NCBI GenBank assembly: GCA_042408195.1
Contig: JBHOQL010000067.1
Coordinates: forward strand, 11,579-75,578
Length of the DNA stretch: 64,000 nt
Direction of reading: 5' to 3'
Origin: Anaerolineae bacterium
Lineage (GTDB): Bacteria > Chloroflexota > Anaerolineae > SpSt-600
Both the position numbers and the translations under genes were made by a program. Below, in pieces: positions 28,066 to 36,800 of this stretch; position 1 is the first letter of the stretch, and every line of letters starts with the position of its first letter. The notes beneath the pieces were generated by a model, which was given only the letters and a program-made list of their open reading frames with translations, searched no databases and had not been told where the DNA came from.

Positions 28066-29616
28066 ATGTATGTCGGCGATTACCTTGGCCGAAGAGCTAT
28101 CTACAGTCCTGAAAAGGTAGCCGTAGTAGATTACGGCAAGCAACCGCCTTGGCGCCTCACTTACCGCCAAATGAATGAGCGTGCTAATCGTTTCGCCAAC
28201 TGGTTGCGGAACGTAGCCGGAATTCGCAAGGGCGATCGAGTCGCCATTCTGGCTCGGGATGGGGTAGAGCATCTGGATTGCTTCTTTGCCTGCTCCAAAC
28301 TGGGAGCTATCCACACTGCCCTGAACTGGCGCCTCCACTGGCGGGAGCTTGTAGAGATAATCCGCAAAACTACCCCTACTGTCCTTATCTACTCCGACGA
28401 CTTCAAGGATAACGTTTTCCAACTCAGGGAGGCGATAAAAGGTACGGATTACGCTATTCTCTACTACCTCCACATAGAAGGCGAAGGTGTGGAGGGGAGC
28501 CTTCACTTTGAAACCATATTGCAGAGCAGCCCTTCAGACCCTGTCACTTGCGAAGAGGTGGAAGCCGAAGATATTGTGGCCCTTATTTTCACCGGAGGCA
28601 CCACTGGTTTCCCCAAGGCTGCCCAAGTTTCCCACCGGATGATAGCCTGGAACACTCTTAACACTGTCATCCATGACTTAACCCATAACGATGTTTACTT
28701 GAATGTATTTCCAATGTTCCACACCGGAGGCCTTTTCGTTTACACCCTTCCCCAAATAATCATGGGCGGCACCACGATCTTGATCCGTCAGTTTGACCCG
28801 GCTCTTGTGCTCCGGCTAATAGAGCAAGAAAAGGTCACAGTTTTTGCTGCCGTGCCCACCATGTATCAGATGATGACCCAAGCCCCCAACTGGGAGGAAG
28901 CTGATCTCTCTTCCCTCAGGTTCTGCACCAGCGGTGGAGCCCCTCTACCGGTCCCGCTTATAGAGAAATACACCCGTGAGAAAGGAGTACGTTTCAAGCA
29001 AGGCTTCGGTATGACAGAATTCGGGCCGGGCATTTTTGCCCTAGCTCCGGAGGATGCCGTCCGTAAGGCCGGTTCCATTGGTCGTCCCAACTTCTTCATA
29101 GACGCCCGCATCGTTGACGACGAGAACCGCCCTCTGGGTCCCAACCAGATAGGGGAGTTAGTGCTCAGAGGCCCTTCCATTTGCTCTGGCTACTTCGGTG
29201 ACCCTGAAGCCACAGCCGGGATGCTGGATGAAGAGGGTTGGTTCCACACTGGCGACTTAGCCTACTACGATGAGGAGTGGTATTTCTACATTGTGGACCG
29301 TAAAAAGGATATGTTCATCTCTGGAGGGGAAAATGTCTACCCCGTGGAGATAGAGAAAGCCCTTTACGAGCACCCTGCCGTGCACATGTGCGCCGTCATC
29401 GGTGTGCCGGATCCCAAATGGGGGGAGGTCGGACTAGCCTGCGTTGTCCTGAAGCCTGGGATGACGGCTACCGAGGAAGAGCTCATAGCTTTTCTGAAAG
29501 AGCGCTTGGCCAGCTACAAAGTCCCTAAGCGTGTAGTCTTCATGGAGAGCTTGCCCATTTCTGCGGCAGGCAAAATCCTGAAGAGAGAACTGCGCAAGCA
29601 GTTCGTGGGAGGATAA
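28066..29616 (+). CDS. AMP-dependent synthetase/ligase, paralog 2
   Basis: 516 aa. The P-loop is FTGGTTGFPKA. DLAYYDEEWYFYIVDRKKDMFISGGENVYP is shared with the other two paralogs. Confidence 0.85.
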   Translation: MYVGDYLGRRAIYSPEKVAVVDYGKQPPWRLTYRQMNERANRFANWLRNVAGIRKGDRVAILARDGVEHLDCFFACSKLGAIHTALNWRLHWRELVEIIRKTTPTVLIYSDDFKDNVFQLREAIKGTDYAILYYLHIEGEGVEGSLHFETILQSSPSDPVTCEEVEAEDIVALIFTGGTTGFPKAAQVSHRMIAWNTLNTVIHDLTHNDVYLNVFPMFHTGGLFVYTLPQIIMGGTTILIRQFDPALVLRLIEQEKVTVFAAVPTMYQMMTQAPNWEEADLSSLRFCTSGGAPLPVPLIEKYTREKGVRFKQGFGMTEFGPGIFALAPEDAVRKAGSIGRPNFFIDARIVDDENRPLGPNQIGELVLRGPSICSGYFGDPEATAGMLDEEGWFHTGDLAYYDEEWYFYIVDRKKDMFISGGENVYPVEIEKALYEHPAVHMCAVIGVPDPKWGEVGLACVVLKPGMTATEEELIAFLKERLASYKVPKRVVFMESLPISAAGKILKRELRKQFVGG

Positions 29617-29627
29617 GGGGGTGCATT

Positions 29628-30689
29628 ATGGCTGAAATCTACCACCTTGAAGGAATTACTTCCAGGATGATTCAGACTCCGCGGCTCAGAATGCATGTGC
29701 TTACCGCTGGGCTGGAGGAAGGCATTCCGGTTGTGTTCATCCACGGCAATGGCTCGTCCTCCACCTTCTGGGAGGAAACAATGCTGGCTCTACCGCCCGC
29801 TTTCCGAGGCATAGCTCCTGATATGAGGGGTTATGGCGAGACAGAGCCGTTGCCAATAGATGCCACGCTGGGCCTGAGCGACATGGTGGAGGACCTTCGC
29901 TCTCTGGTGGAAACAATTGGCCTGAAGAAATTCCACCTCGTCGGCCATTCCATGGGTGGCGGTATTGCGATGAAATATGCCATCGCTTATCCTGACGATC
30001 TTCTCTCCATAACGCTGGTGGATACAATGTCTCCATATGGCTACAGCGGAAGCAAAGATTTGAATGGAACGCCTTGCTACGAGGATGGTGCTCCCGCAGG
30101 GGCGGGGAGCGTCAACCCCGAATTCATCCGTCTCCTCAGGGAAAAGGATAGAGGAACCGATAACCCAATGTCTCCCCGCAACGTGCTGCGCCACTTCTAC
30201 TTCAAGCCTCCGTTCGTCCCCAAGCGAGAAGAAGACCTTCTCACGGCCATGCTTTCCATGCAAGTGGGCGAAGATTGGTACCCTGGCGATTTTGTTCCCT
30301 CCCCCAATTGGCCCGGAGTCGCCCCTGGAAAGCGCGGCGTAATAAATGCTATCAGCCGAAAGTATTTTGATGCCAGCGGCATTGTTGACATTCAGCCCAA
30401 ACCGCCAATCCTCTGGATCCGCGGGGCTGATGATCTGGTGGTTTCCAACAGCGCCATGTGGGATGTTGCAACTTTAGGGGCTTTGGGATTCGTCCCGGGA
30501 TGGCCTGGCCCCGAGCATTGTCCTCCCCAGCCAATGCTGGACCAGATACGTGCTGTGTTGGAGCGATACAAGGCCAACGGTGGCTATTACCGGGAGGAAG
30601 TCATCCCTGATTGTGGCCACACTCCGTTCATAGAGAAACCCGAAGAGTTTAACGCCCTCTTTCACGAGTTCCTGCTGAAGGGAGGATAG
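29628..30689 (+). CDS. Alpha/beta-hydrolase fold protein, paralog 2 (larger, 353 aa, with an extended cap)
   Basis: The HGNGSS oxyanion region and the nucleophile elbow GHSMGG are present. A C-terminal His sits in CGHTPF. Confidence 0.75.
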   Translation: MAEIYHLEGITSRMIQTPRLRMHVLTAGLEEGIPVVFIHGNGSSSTFWEETMLALPPAFRGIAPDMRGYGETEPLPIDATLGLSDMVEDLRSLVETIGLKKFHLVGHSMGGGIAMKYAIAYPDDLLSITLVDTMSPYGYSGSKDLNGTPCYEDGAPAGAGSVNPEFIRLLREKDRGTDNPMSPRNVLRHFYFKPPFVPKREEDLLTAMLSMQVGEDWYPGDFVPSPNWPGVAPGKRGVINAISRKYFDASGIVDIQPKPPILWIRGADDLVVSNSAMWDVATLGALGFVPGWPGPEHCPPQPMLDQIRAVLERYKANGGYYREEVIPDCGHTPFIEKPEEFNALFHEFLLKGG

Positions 30690-30692
30690 CAT

Positions 30693-32216
30693 ATGTACAC
30701 CTTTGACTGGTTAGCCAAAAGGGCGGAGCTCTCGCCCAACAAGATTGCCCTCATAGATGTCGCTACAGGGCGCGAGTGGACCTATGCCCAATTTAACGAG
30801 CGCGCTAGCCGCTTTGCCGAATTCCTCAGGGACGAGTGGAAAATAAAAGAAGGCGAACGGGTGGCTATCTTAGCCTACAACTCCTCCGATTACTTTGAAG
30901 TCCTCTACGGCTGTGCCAAGGTGGGGGTGATATTGGTCTGCCTCAACTGGCGGCTGGCCCTCCCGGAACTAGAGGTGATAGTCAACGATGCTTCACCCCG
31001 CGCCCTCATTTACGATCCCGATTTCACCGAGGCTGCCCATTACCTCAAGGAGCGCACTACGGCTACCCTTCTTATGACTCTGGGAGAAAAAGCTCCTAAA
31101 GGTGAATGGGCGTACGAGAAAGCCCTCGCCGAGGCAAGTGGTCAGCCCATCGTCATGCCTCCGCGAGCTTTGAGCGATGTCTGGCATCTCCTTTACACTG
31201 CCGGCACCACAGGGCGCCCAAAAGGCGTAATCCAGACCTTCGGGATGGTCTTCTACAATGCCGTAAACATTGGAATTGCCATCGATCTGACCTCAGAGGA
31301 CGTGACCCTGAACGTCCTCCCCACTTTCCACACCGGTGGCCTTAACCTCTACGCAAACCCGACTTTCCACGTAGGTGGCACTGCTATAATCCAAAAGTCC
31401 TTTGACCCTGGAGAGACCCTGCGCCTTCTCTCCGAAAAGGCCACAGCCTTTTTCGGAGTGCCTGCAATGTATCTGTTTATGAGCCAACACCCGGATTTTG
31501 ACAAATACGACCTTTCTCGAGTCCGCTCCTGGGCCTGTGGCGGTGCTCCGATGCCTGTTCACCTCCTTCGCTGGTATGCCGAGCGGGGCATTATCATCCA
31601 ACAGGGCTTCGGCATGACCGAGACTGGTCCCACTGTCTTCCTAATTGACAAAGAGCACGCGATCTCCAAAGCGGGCTCCGTGGGCAAGCCCCAGATGCAT
31701 GTGGCGGTGCGCATCGTGGACCGGGAAGGACGAGATGTTCCACCCGGAGAAGTCGGAGAGCTGTGGATAAAGGGGCCCGGTGTTACCCCAGGCTACTGGC
31801 AGCAGCCGGAAATAACTGCTGAGTCCTTCACTGATGGATGGCTTCACTCCGGTGACCTGGCCAGAGTGGACGAGGATGGATACTACTACATTGTGGACCG
31901 CCTGAAGGACATGTACATCTCTGGCGGGGAAAACGTTTACCCAGCTGAGGTTGAGAATGTCCTCTACCAAATGGAACAGATAGCGGAAGTGGCGGTTATA
32001 GGCGTGCCGGATCCCAAATGGGGCGAGGTGGGTAAAGCCATCGTGGTTGTGAAGCCCGGCTACACCCTGACTGAGGAGGAAGTGATTCGCTTCTGCGAGG
32101 GAAAGATCGCTCGCTACAAAATCCCGAAACATGTGGTCTTCGTGGACAGGCTCCCTCGCAATCCTGCTGGCAAAGTTCTTAAGACGGAACTTCGTAAGAG
32201 GTTTGGTGGGGCATGA
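30693..32216 (+). CDS. AMP-dependent synthetase/ligase, paralog 3
   Basis: 507 aa. The P-loop is YTAGTTGRPKG, with GDLARVDEDGYYYIVDRLKDMYISGGENVYP. Confidence 0.85.
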   Translation: MYTFDWLAKRAELSPNKIALIDVATGREWTYAQFNERASRFAEFLRDEWKIKEGERVAILAYNSSDYFEVLYGCAKVGVILVCLNWRLALPELEVIVNDASPRALIYDPDFTEAAHYLKERTTATLLMTLGEKAPKGEWAYEKALAEASGQPIVMPPRALSDVWHLLYTAGTTGRPKGVIQTFGMVFYNAVNIGIAIDLTSEDVTLNVLPTFHTGGLNLYANPTFHVGGTAIIQKSFDPGETLRLLSEKATAFFGVPAMYLFMSQHPDFDKYDLSRVRSWACGGAPMPVHLLRWYAERGIIIQQGFGMTETGPTVFLIDKEHAISKAGSVGKPQMHVAVRIVDREGRDVPPGEVGELWIKGPGVTPGYWQQPEITAESFTDGWLHSGDLARVDEDGYYYIVDRLKDMYISGGENVYPAEVENVLYQMEQIAEVAVIGVPDPKWGEVGKAIVVVKPGYTLTEEEVIRFCEGKIARYKIPKHVVFVDRLPRNPAGKVLKTELRKRFGGA

Positions 32217-33088
32217 AATTGGAAATAGGCCAGAAGGCTTCCTTCAAACGCCGGCTTACTCAGGAGGATTTCACCCGTTTCGCCCTTTTGAGCGGGGATA
32301 ATAATCCTATTCACACCGACCCGGAATTCTCTGCTCGGACCCGGTTCGGAAGACCAGTGGCTCATGGAGCCTTTCTCTTCGGGCTCATCTCTTCAGCCAC
32401 GAACAACCTCTTGCCAGGCCCTGGTTTACTTCTATATCAGGAACTCATGTTCCCAACCCCCTCCTATGCCGGAGAGGAAATAACGGTGCAGGTGGAAATC
32501 ACTGCTGTAAACCGCGAAAAGAACCAAGCTGAACTTTCAACTCTCATCATTCGGCCTAATGGAGAGCTCGGATGCCAGGGCCTGGCCCTCGTCCACTTCG
32601 GACTAGCGAATGGGTGGCCTCAAGTGGACAGGGAAATCCCGCCGCCATTGCCCAGCGAGGGCTCCATTCTTAAAGGATTCCGGCTGGGGGAGAGCGCTTA
32701 TCTCCAGAGAACTTTTACACTCGAAGATGTGCGGACGTACATTGAACTAACCGGTGATGCCAACCCCGTCTACACCGATGCTGAACTGGCCTCTGAGTTG
32801 GGATTGGACTCCCCCGTGCTTCCGCCGCCCCTTGTGGGGGCGCTATTCTCCTGCCTTCTCGGTGTACATCTGCCAGGCTGGGGCACGAATTACCTTAAGC
32901 AGCGCTTTATCTTCCTGGAGCCTGCTCACCCAGGCGAAGAACTCACAGCCAGGGTGGAGATCGTGCGCTTGCGTCCAGAGAAAGAACTCATAAACCTCCG
33001 CACCATCTGCCAGAAAACAGACGGAAAAACCATCGCCGATGGCGAAGCACTGGTGCTGGTGCGGGATGTAAAGGCAAGGGAAACCTAA
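32213..33088 (+). CDS. MaoC-like double-hotdog (R)-specific enoyl-CoA hydratase/dehydratase
   Basis: The N-terminal hotdog has the catalytic signature GDNNPIHTD...RPVAHG. The second hotdog has a degenerate GDANPVYTD (His replaced by Tyr), as in structural-cap hotdogs. Confidence 0.75.
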   Translation: MKLEIGQKASFKRRLTQEDFTRFALLSGDNNPIHTDPEFSARTRFGRPVAHGAFLFGLISSATNNLLPGPGLLLYQELMFPTPSYAGEEITVQVEITAVNREKNQAELSTLIIRPNGELGCQGLALVHFGLANGWPQVDREIPPPLPSEGSILKGFRLGESAYLQRTFTLEDVRTYIELTGDANPVYTDAELASELGLDSPVLPPPLVGALFSCLLGVHLPGWGTNYLKQRFIFLEPAHPGEELTARVEIVRLRPEKELINLRTICQKTDGKTIADGEALVLVRDVKARET

Positions 33089-33897
33089 TGCCGAAGGTAG
33101 AGGTTAACGGCATCCAACTTTACTATGAACTGCACGGCCCGAAAGAGGCCGAAGTCTTGGTGCTCTCCAATGGAATCATCATGAGCACTGCCGGATGGGT
33201 CTTCCAGACCCGCGAGCTGTCCAAGCATTACCGGCTGCTGCTCTACGATTGCCGGGGAATGTGGCAATCGGACCATCCTCCAGGCCCTTACTCCATGGAG
33301 CAGCATGCCGATGACCTGGCTGGCCTGCTGGATGCCCTCGGAATCGAGAAAGCCCATATCGGTGGCATCTCCTATGGGGGTGAAATAAGCATGACTTTCG
33401 CCCTCCGCTATCCGGAGCGAACTCTGAGCCTGATTGTGGCCGATTCCGTTAGCTACGTGGATCAATGGCTGCGAACCATAGTGGAAGGCTGGATCGCAAT
33501 AGCCCGCGCTAAGGATCCCAAAGCCTTCTTCTGCGCCACCGTTCCCTGGAACTTTTCCCCCCGCTTCATCCAGGAACACCCCGACCTTATGGCCCAAGCC
33601 CTTGAACGCTATGCCCTGCTGGACTACGATGCTTTCATAAGGCTTTGCGAATGCTTCCTCCGCCTGGACCTAACTGAAAAGCTAAAGGATATAACTGCTC
33701 CCACGTGCGTGATGGTTGGCGAGCATGATCTCCTTAAGGGAAGAAGGTATGCAGAGGAGATCGCTCGCCGGATTCCCGGGGCTGAACTTTACATAATACC
33801 AGGTGCTGGGCATGCTACCTGCTGGGAAAACTTTGAAGTTTTCAACGCCATCGTCCTCGGTTTCCTTGCCCGGCACCGCCAAACTAAACAAAACTGA
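33088..33897 (+). CDS. Alpha/beta-hydrolase fold protein, paralog 3
   Basis: 269 aa. The nucleophile elbow is GISYGG and a C-terminal His sits in GAGHATCWE. It is clearly paralogous to the 26257-27060 product (shared N-terminal MPKxxVNxIx and PGPY motifs). Confidence 0.8.
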   Translation: MPKVEVNGIQLYYELHGPKEAEVLVLSNGIIMSTAGWVFQTRELSKHYRLLLYDCRGMWQSDHPPGPYSMEQHADDLAGLLDALGIEKAHIGGISYGGEISMTFALRYPERTLSLIVADSVSYVDQWLRTIVEGWIAIARAKDPKAFFCATVPWNFSPRFIQEHPDLMAQALERYALLDYDAFIRLCECFLRLDLTEKLKDITAPTCVMVGEHDLLKGRRYAEEIARRIPGAELYIIPGAGHATCWENFEVFNAIVLGFLARHRQTKQN

Positions 33898-33908
33898 GGA
33901 GGAGTACC

Positions 33909-35255
33909 ATGCGTAACAAAAACTTGGTGGGGCTTGCTGTAGCTCTCATCGCAGGGCTGTCGCTGGTGCTGGCCTCGTGCAAGCCGGCTCCAACTCCTAC
34001 GCCTACTCCTGTCCCGCCAACCCCGACTCCTACACCTGCGCCTGCCCCCAGCCCCACGCCGACAGCTCCCCAGTATCCGTTCGCCGGGAAGCCCCTGAAG
34101 ATAGGTCTCCTGACCGATAACTCTGGGCCGCTGGCCATTTACGGGCCAATGTTGGAGAGGGGCTTTGAGCTCGGCCTGGAATACGCCACCAACGGCACAA
34201 TGGAAGTAGCCGGAAGGCCCATCAAAGTGATCATCAAAGATACTTCCAGCGACCCCGAGAAAGGCGTCAGTCAAGCACGTGAGCTTATTGAGGCCGAAGG
34301 GGTAGAAATACTGGTAGGGCCTCCCAGTTCTGGCGTCGCCATGGCCGTTCAGAAGATCGCTGAAGAATACAAAGTTATCTTAATTGTCGAACCGGCCGCC
34401 GCTACCGACATAACCGGCAAGAACTTCAACCCTTACACCTTCCGCACCAGCCGGACTTCTTACCAGGATGCTATTGTAATGGGCCAAGGCTTGCTGCAAT
34501 TGGGCAAAACCTTCGTCCAAATCGCTCCGGACTACGCTTTTGGCTGGGCTTCGGCCTGCGGCTTCTATGCTGTGATAAAGGCTGGCGGGGGTACTTTCCC
34601 CGTCAACGATACACCTCAGGGCTGCGGTGCCATCTTCATCCCCTTTGACACAACTGACTTCACCCCTTACCTCCAGCAGGTTCTGGACTCCGGGGCGGAA
34701 GTGCTCATCATAACTTGGGCTGGCGCGGGCTTCGTACCTCTCTTTAAGCAAATGCAGGAGCTGGGTGTCTTTGACAAAATGGTCGTCGGGACTGGCATCG
34801 GCGACAACCAGACCCTGGCGGCAGGCTACGCCAATGCCGTCGGCTCCACTGGAATTATTGTCTACCATTACACCCTCCCCAAGAACCCCGTCAATGACTG
34901 GTTGGTCAAGCGCCACAAGGAGAAATACGGGACTCCGCCAGACCTCTTCACCGCCGGTGGTATGGCTGCTGCCATCATGGTTGTGGAAGGGCTGAAGCGC
35001 ACGAACGGCGATGCCAGTGCAGATGCGCTCATCAAGGTCTACGAGGATAACTTCTCTTTTGATGGTCCCAACGGCAAATACATAATCCGGCCGTACGACC
35101 ACGTCTGTCTCTACCCGCTCTACTATGTCCGCTTGACCAACGTCACCGACCCCGAGTTCAGGTTCGTGGAACTGATCAAGGAGTTCGCTCCTGAAGAGGC
35201 AGCGCCGCCGTGCCTGCTGCCGGACCAGTACAAGGATCGCTGCCCCAAGGAGTAA
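33909..35255 (+). CDS. ABC transporter substrate-binding lipoprotein, LivJ/branched-chain-amino-acid-binding family (periplasmic-binding-protein type I)
   Basis: 448 aa. It has a lipoprotein signal (LVLASC) followed by a Pro/Thr-rich linker (PTPTPTPVPPTPTPTPAPAPSPTPT), then a Leu/Ile/Val-BP-like fold. Confidence 0.75.
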   Translation: MRNKNLVGLAVALIAGLSLVLASCKPAPTPTPTPVPPTPTPTPAPAPSPTPTAPQYPFAGKPLKIGLLTDNSGPLAIYGPMLERGFELGLEYATNGTMEVAGRPIKVIIKDTSSDPEKGVSQARELIEAEGVEILVGPPSSGVAMAVQKIAEEYKVILIVEPAAATDITGKNFNPYTFRTSRTSYQDAIVMGQGLLQLGKTFVQIAPDYAFGWASACGFYAVIKAGGGTFPVNDTPQGCGAIFIPFDTTDFTPYLQQVLDSGAEVLIITWAGAGFVPLFKQMQELGVFDKMVVGTGIGDNQTLAAGYANAVGSTGIIVYHYTLPKNPVNDWLVKRHKEKYGTPPDLFTAGGMAAAIMVVEGLKRTNGDASADALIKVYEDNFSFDGPNGKYIIRPYDHVCLYPLYYVRLTNVTDPEFRFVELIKEFAPEEAAPPCLLPDQYKDRCPKE

Positions 35256-35315
35256 CCCAGCGAAACCCGCGGGGGAGGAGGGGACTCCTCCCCCGCCACC
35301 TTCGGAGGACCGCAT

Positions 35316-36071
35316 ATGGAACCACAGGTCGTCCTGGAAACTAGGAACCTGCGTAAAGAGTTTGACGGCCTTGTAGCTGTTGACAATGTTTCCCTGAAGG
35401 TTAGGGAAGGACAGCTGCACGCCATAATCGGCCCCAATGGTGCTGGCAAAACCACTCTGTTCAACTTGATAAGCGGTGTATTTCCTCCTACTTCGGGGCG
35501 GATATTCCTCCGCGGAGAGGATATAACTGGCCTCCCACCTTACCAAATAGCTCGCAAAGGTATAGGTCGTTCCTTTCAGATAATCAACCTTTTCCCAAAC
35601 CTAACGGTGCTGGAAAGCGTAAGTTTGGCGGTGCAGGCCCGCGGTCCCCACAGTTTACATTTCTGGCGCCCCTACCACCTATATCGGGAATACGAAGAAA
35701 AGGCTGTGGAAATAATCCGCAAAGTGGGGCTTGCTGGCCGCGAGTATTTCCTGACGCGTGTCCTACCCCACGGAGACCAACGAAAACTGGAAATTGCTCT
35801 CCTCCTGGCAATGGAGCCCGACATTCTCCTTCTGGACGAGCCCACGGCTGGAATGGCCTCCGCGGAGGTCCCTATCATTATGGACCTCATATCCCGCTTG
35901 CGGAATGAAGGAAGGCACACTATCCTGCTGGTGGAGCACAAGATGGATGTAGTGATGAGCCTGTCCGATATTATCACCGTTATGCACCAAGGCAGGATAC
36001 TGGCAGAAGGGACACCCGAAGAAATAAAAGCAAACGAGGAAGTCCAGCGGGCCTATCTTGGTGAACTTTGA
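35316..36071 (+). CDS. ABC transporter ATP-binding protein, LivG-like
   Basis: Walker A GPNGAGKTT, signature and Walker B LLLDEPTAGM are present, with a LivG-type C-terminus. Confidence 0.85.
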   Translation: MEPQVVLETRNLRKEFDGLVAVDNVSLKVREGQLHAIIGPNGAGKTTLFNLISGVFPPTSGRIFLRGEDITGLPPYQIARKGIGRSFQIINLFPNLTVLESVSLAVQARGPHSLHFWRPYHLYREYEEKAVEIIRKVGLAGREYFLTRVLPHGDQRKLEIALLLAMEPDILLLDEPTAGMASAEVPIIMDLISRLRNEGRHTILLVEHKMDVVMSLSDIITVMHQGRILAEGTPEEIKANEEVQRAYLGEL

Positions 36072-36789
36072 GGAGGTAAAATTGGAGCCCATCTTGGAAG
36101 TGCGTGACATTCATACATTTATCGGCCAGTTTCACATCCTTCAGGGCGTATCCTTGACCGTTCCAGCAGGGAGCGTGACGGCTCTTCTTGGGCGCAACGG
36201 TGCGGGCAAAACCACCACTCTTAAATCCATCCTCGGCCTGACCCCCCCTCGAAGTGGCAAAATAATCTTCGCTGGGGAAGAAATCCAAGGACGCCGGCCC
36301 TACGAAATCGCTTCAATGGGCATAGGCTATGTCCCCGAGCACAGAGCCATATTCACCCAGCTCACCGTGGAGGAGAATCTCCGCATCGCCGAACGCCGTA
36401 AGGGCGATCTGAAGCGCAGAGCCGATTTCATCTTCACCCTCTTTCCCGACCTCAAGCGGCTGTATAAACTTCCAGCTGGAAATCTTTCCGGTGGACAACA
36501 GCAGATGCTGGCTATCGCGAGGGCCCTCGTCCCAGATAATCGCTTGTTACTGATAGATGAGCCCAGCGAAGGTCTGGCGCCCATCCTAGTACGCGAACTT
36601 ATGGAAGCTATCCGGCAGCTCTCTGCTGAAGTCACAATTCTCTTGGTGGACCAGAATTTCCAGATGACCAGCTCCCTGGCCAGCCATTACACCCTAATTG
36701 ACGATGGCCACACCGTCCGCAGCGGGCTGATGTCCGATTTACTCAAAGAGCCTGAGACTATCCGCCGCTACCTGGGCGCTGTGGTATAG
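36058..36789 (+). CDS. ABC transporter ATP-binding protein, LivF-like
   Basis: Walker A GRNGAGKTT, signature LSGGQQQM and Walker B LLIDEPSEGL are present. Confidence 0.85.
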   Translation: MVNFEEVKLEPILEVRDIHTFIGQFHILQGVSLTVPAGSVTALLGRNGAGKTTTLKSILGLTPPRSGKIIFAGEEIQGRRPYEIASMGIGYVPEHRAIFTQLTVEENLRIAERRKGDLKRRADFIFTLFPDLKRLYKLPAGNLSGGQQQMLAIARALVPDNRLLLIDEPSEGLAPILVRELMEAIRQLSAEVTILLVDQNFQMTSSLASHYTLIDDGHTVRSGLMSDLLKEPETIRRYLGAVV

Positions 36790-36800
36790 GAGGGATTATA

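Noticed and set aside
33909-34100. Pro/Thr-rich (PTPTPTPVPPTPTP...) tracts in three lipoprotein SBPs (also 55677-56651 and 6497-8281)
   Set aside because: These were considered as repeats, but they are the usual flexible linkers tethering lipoprotein SBPs in monoderm or Chloroflexota-like envelopes. They are not independent features.
34380-35546. 388-aa minus-strand ORF
   Set aside because: It is antisense to the LivJ-like SBP and the start of the livG-like gene. It has no motifs.
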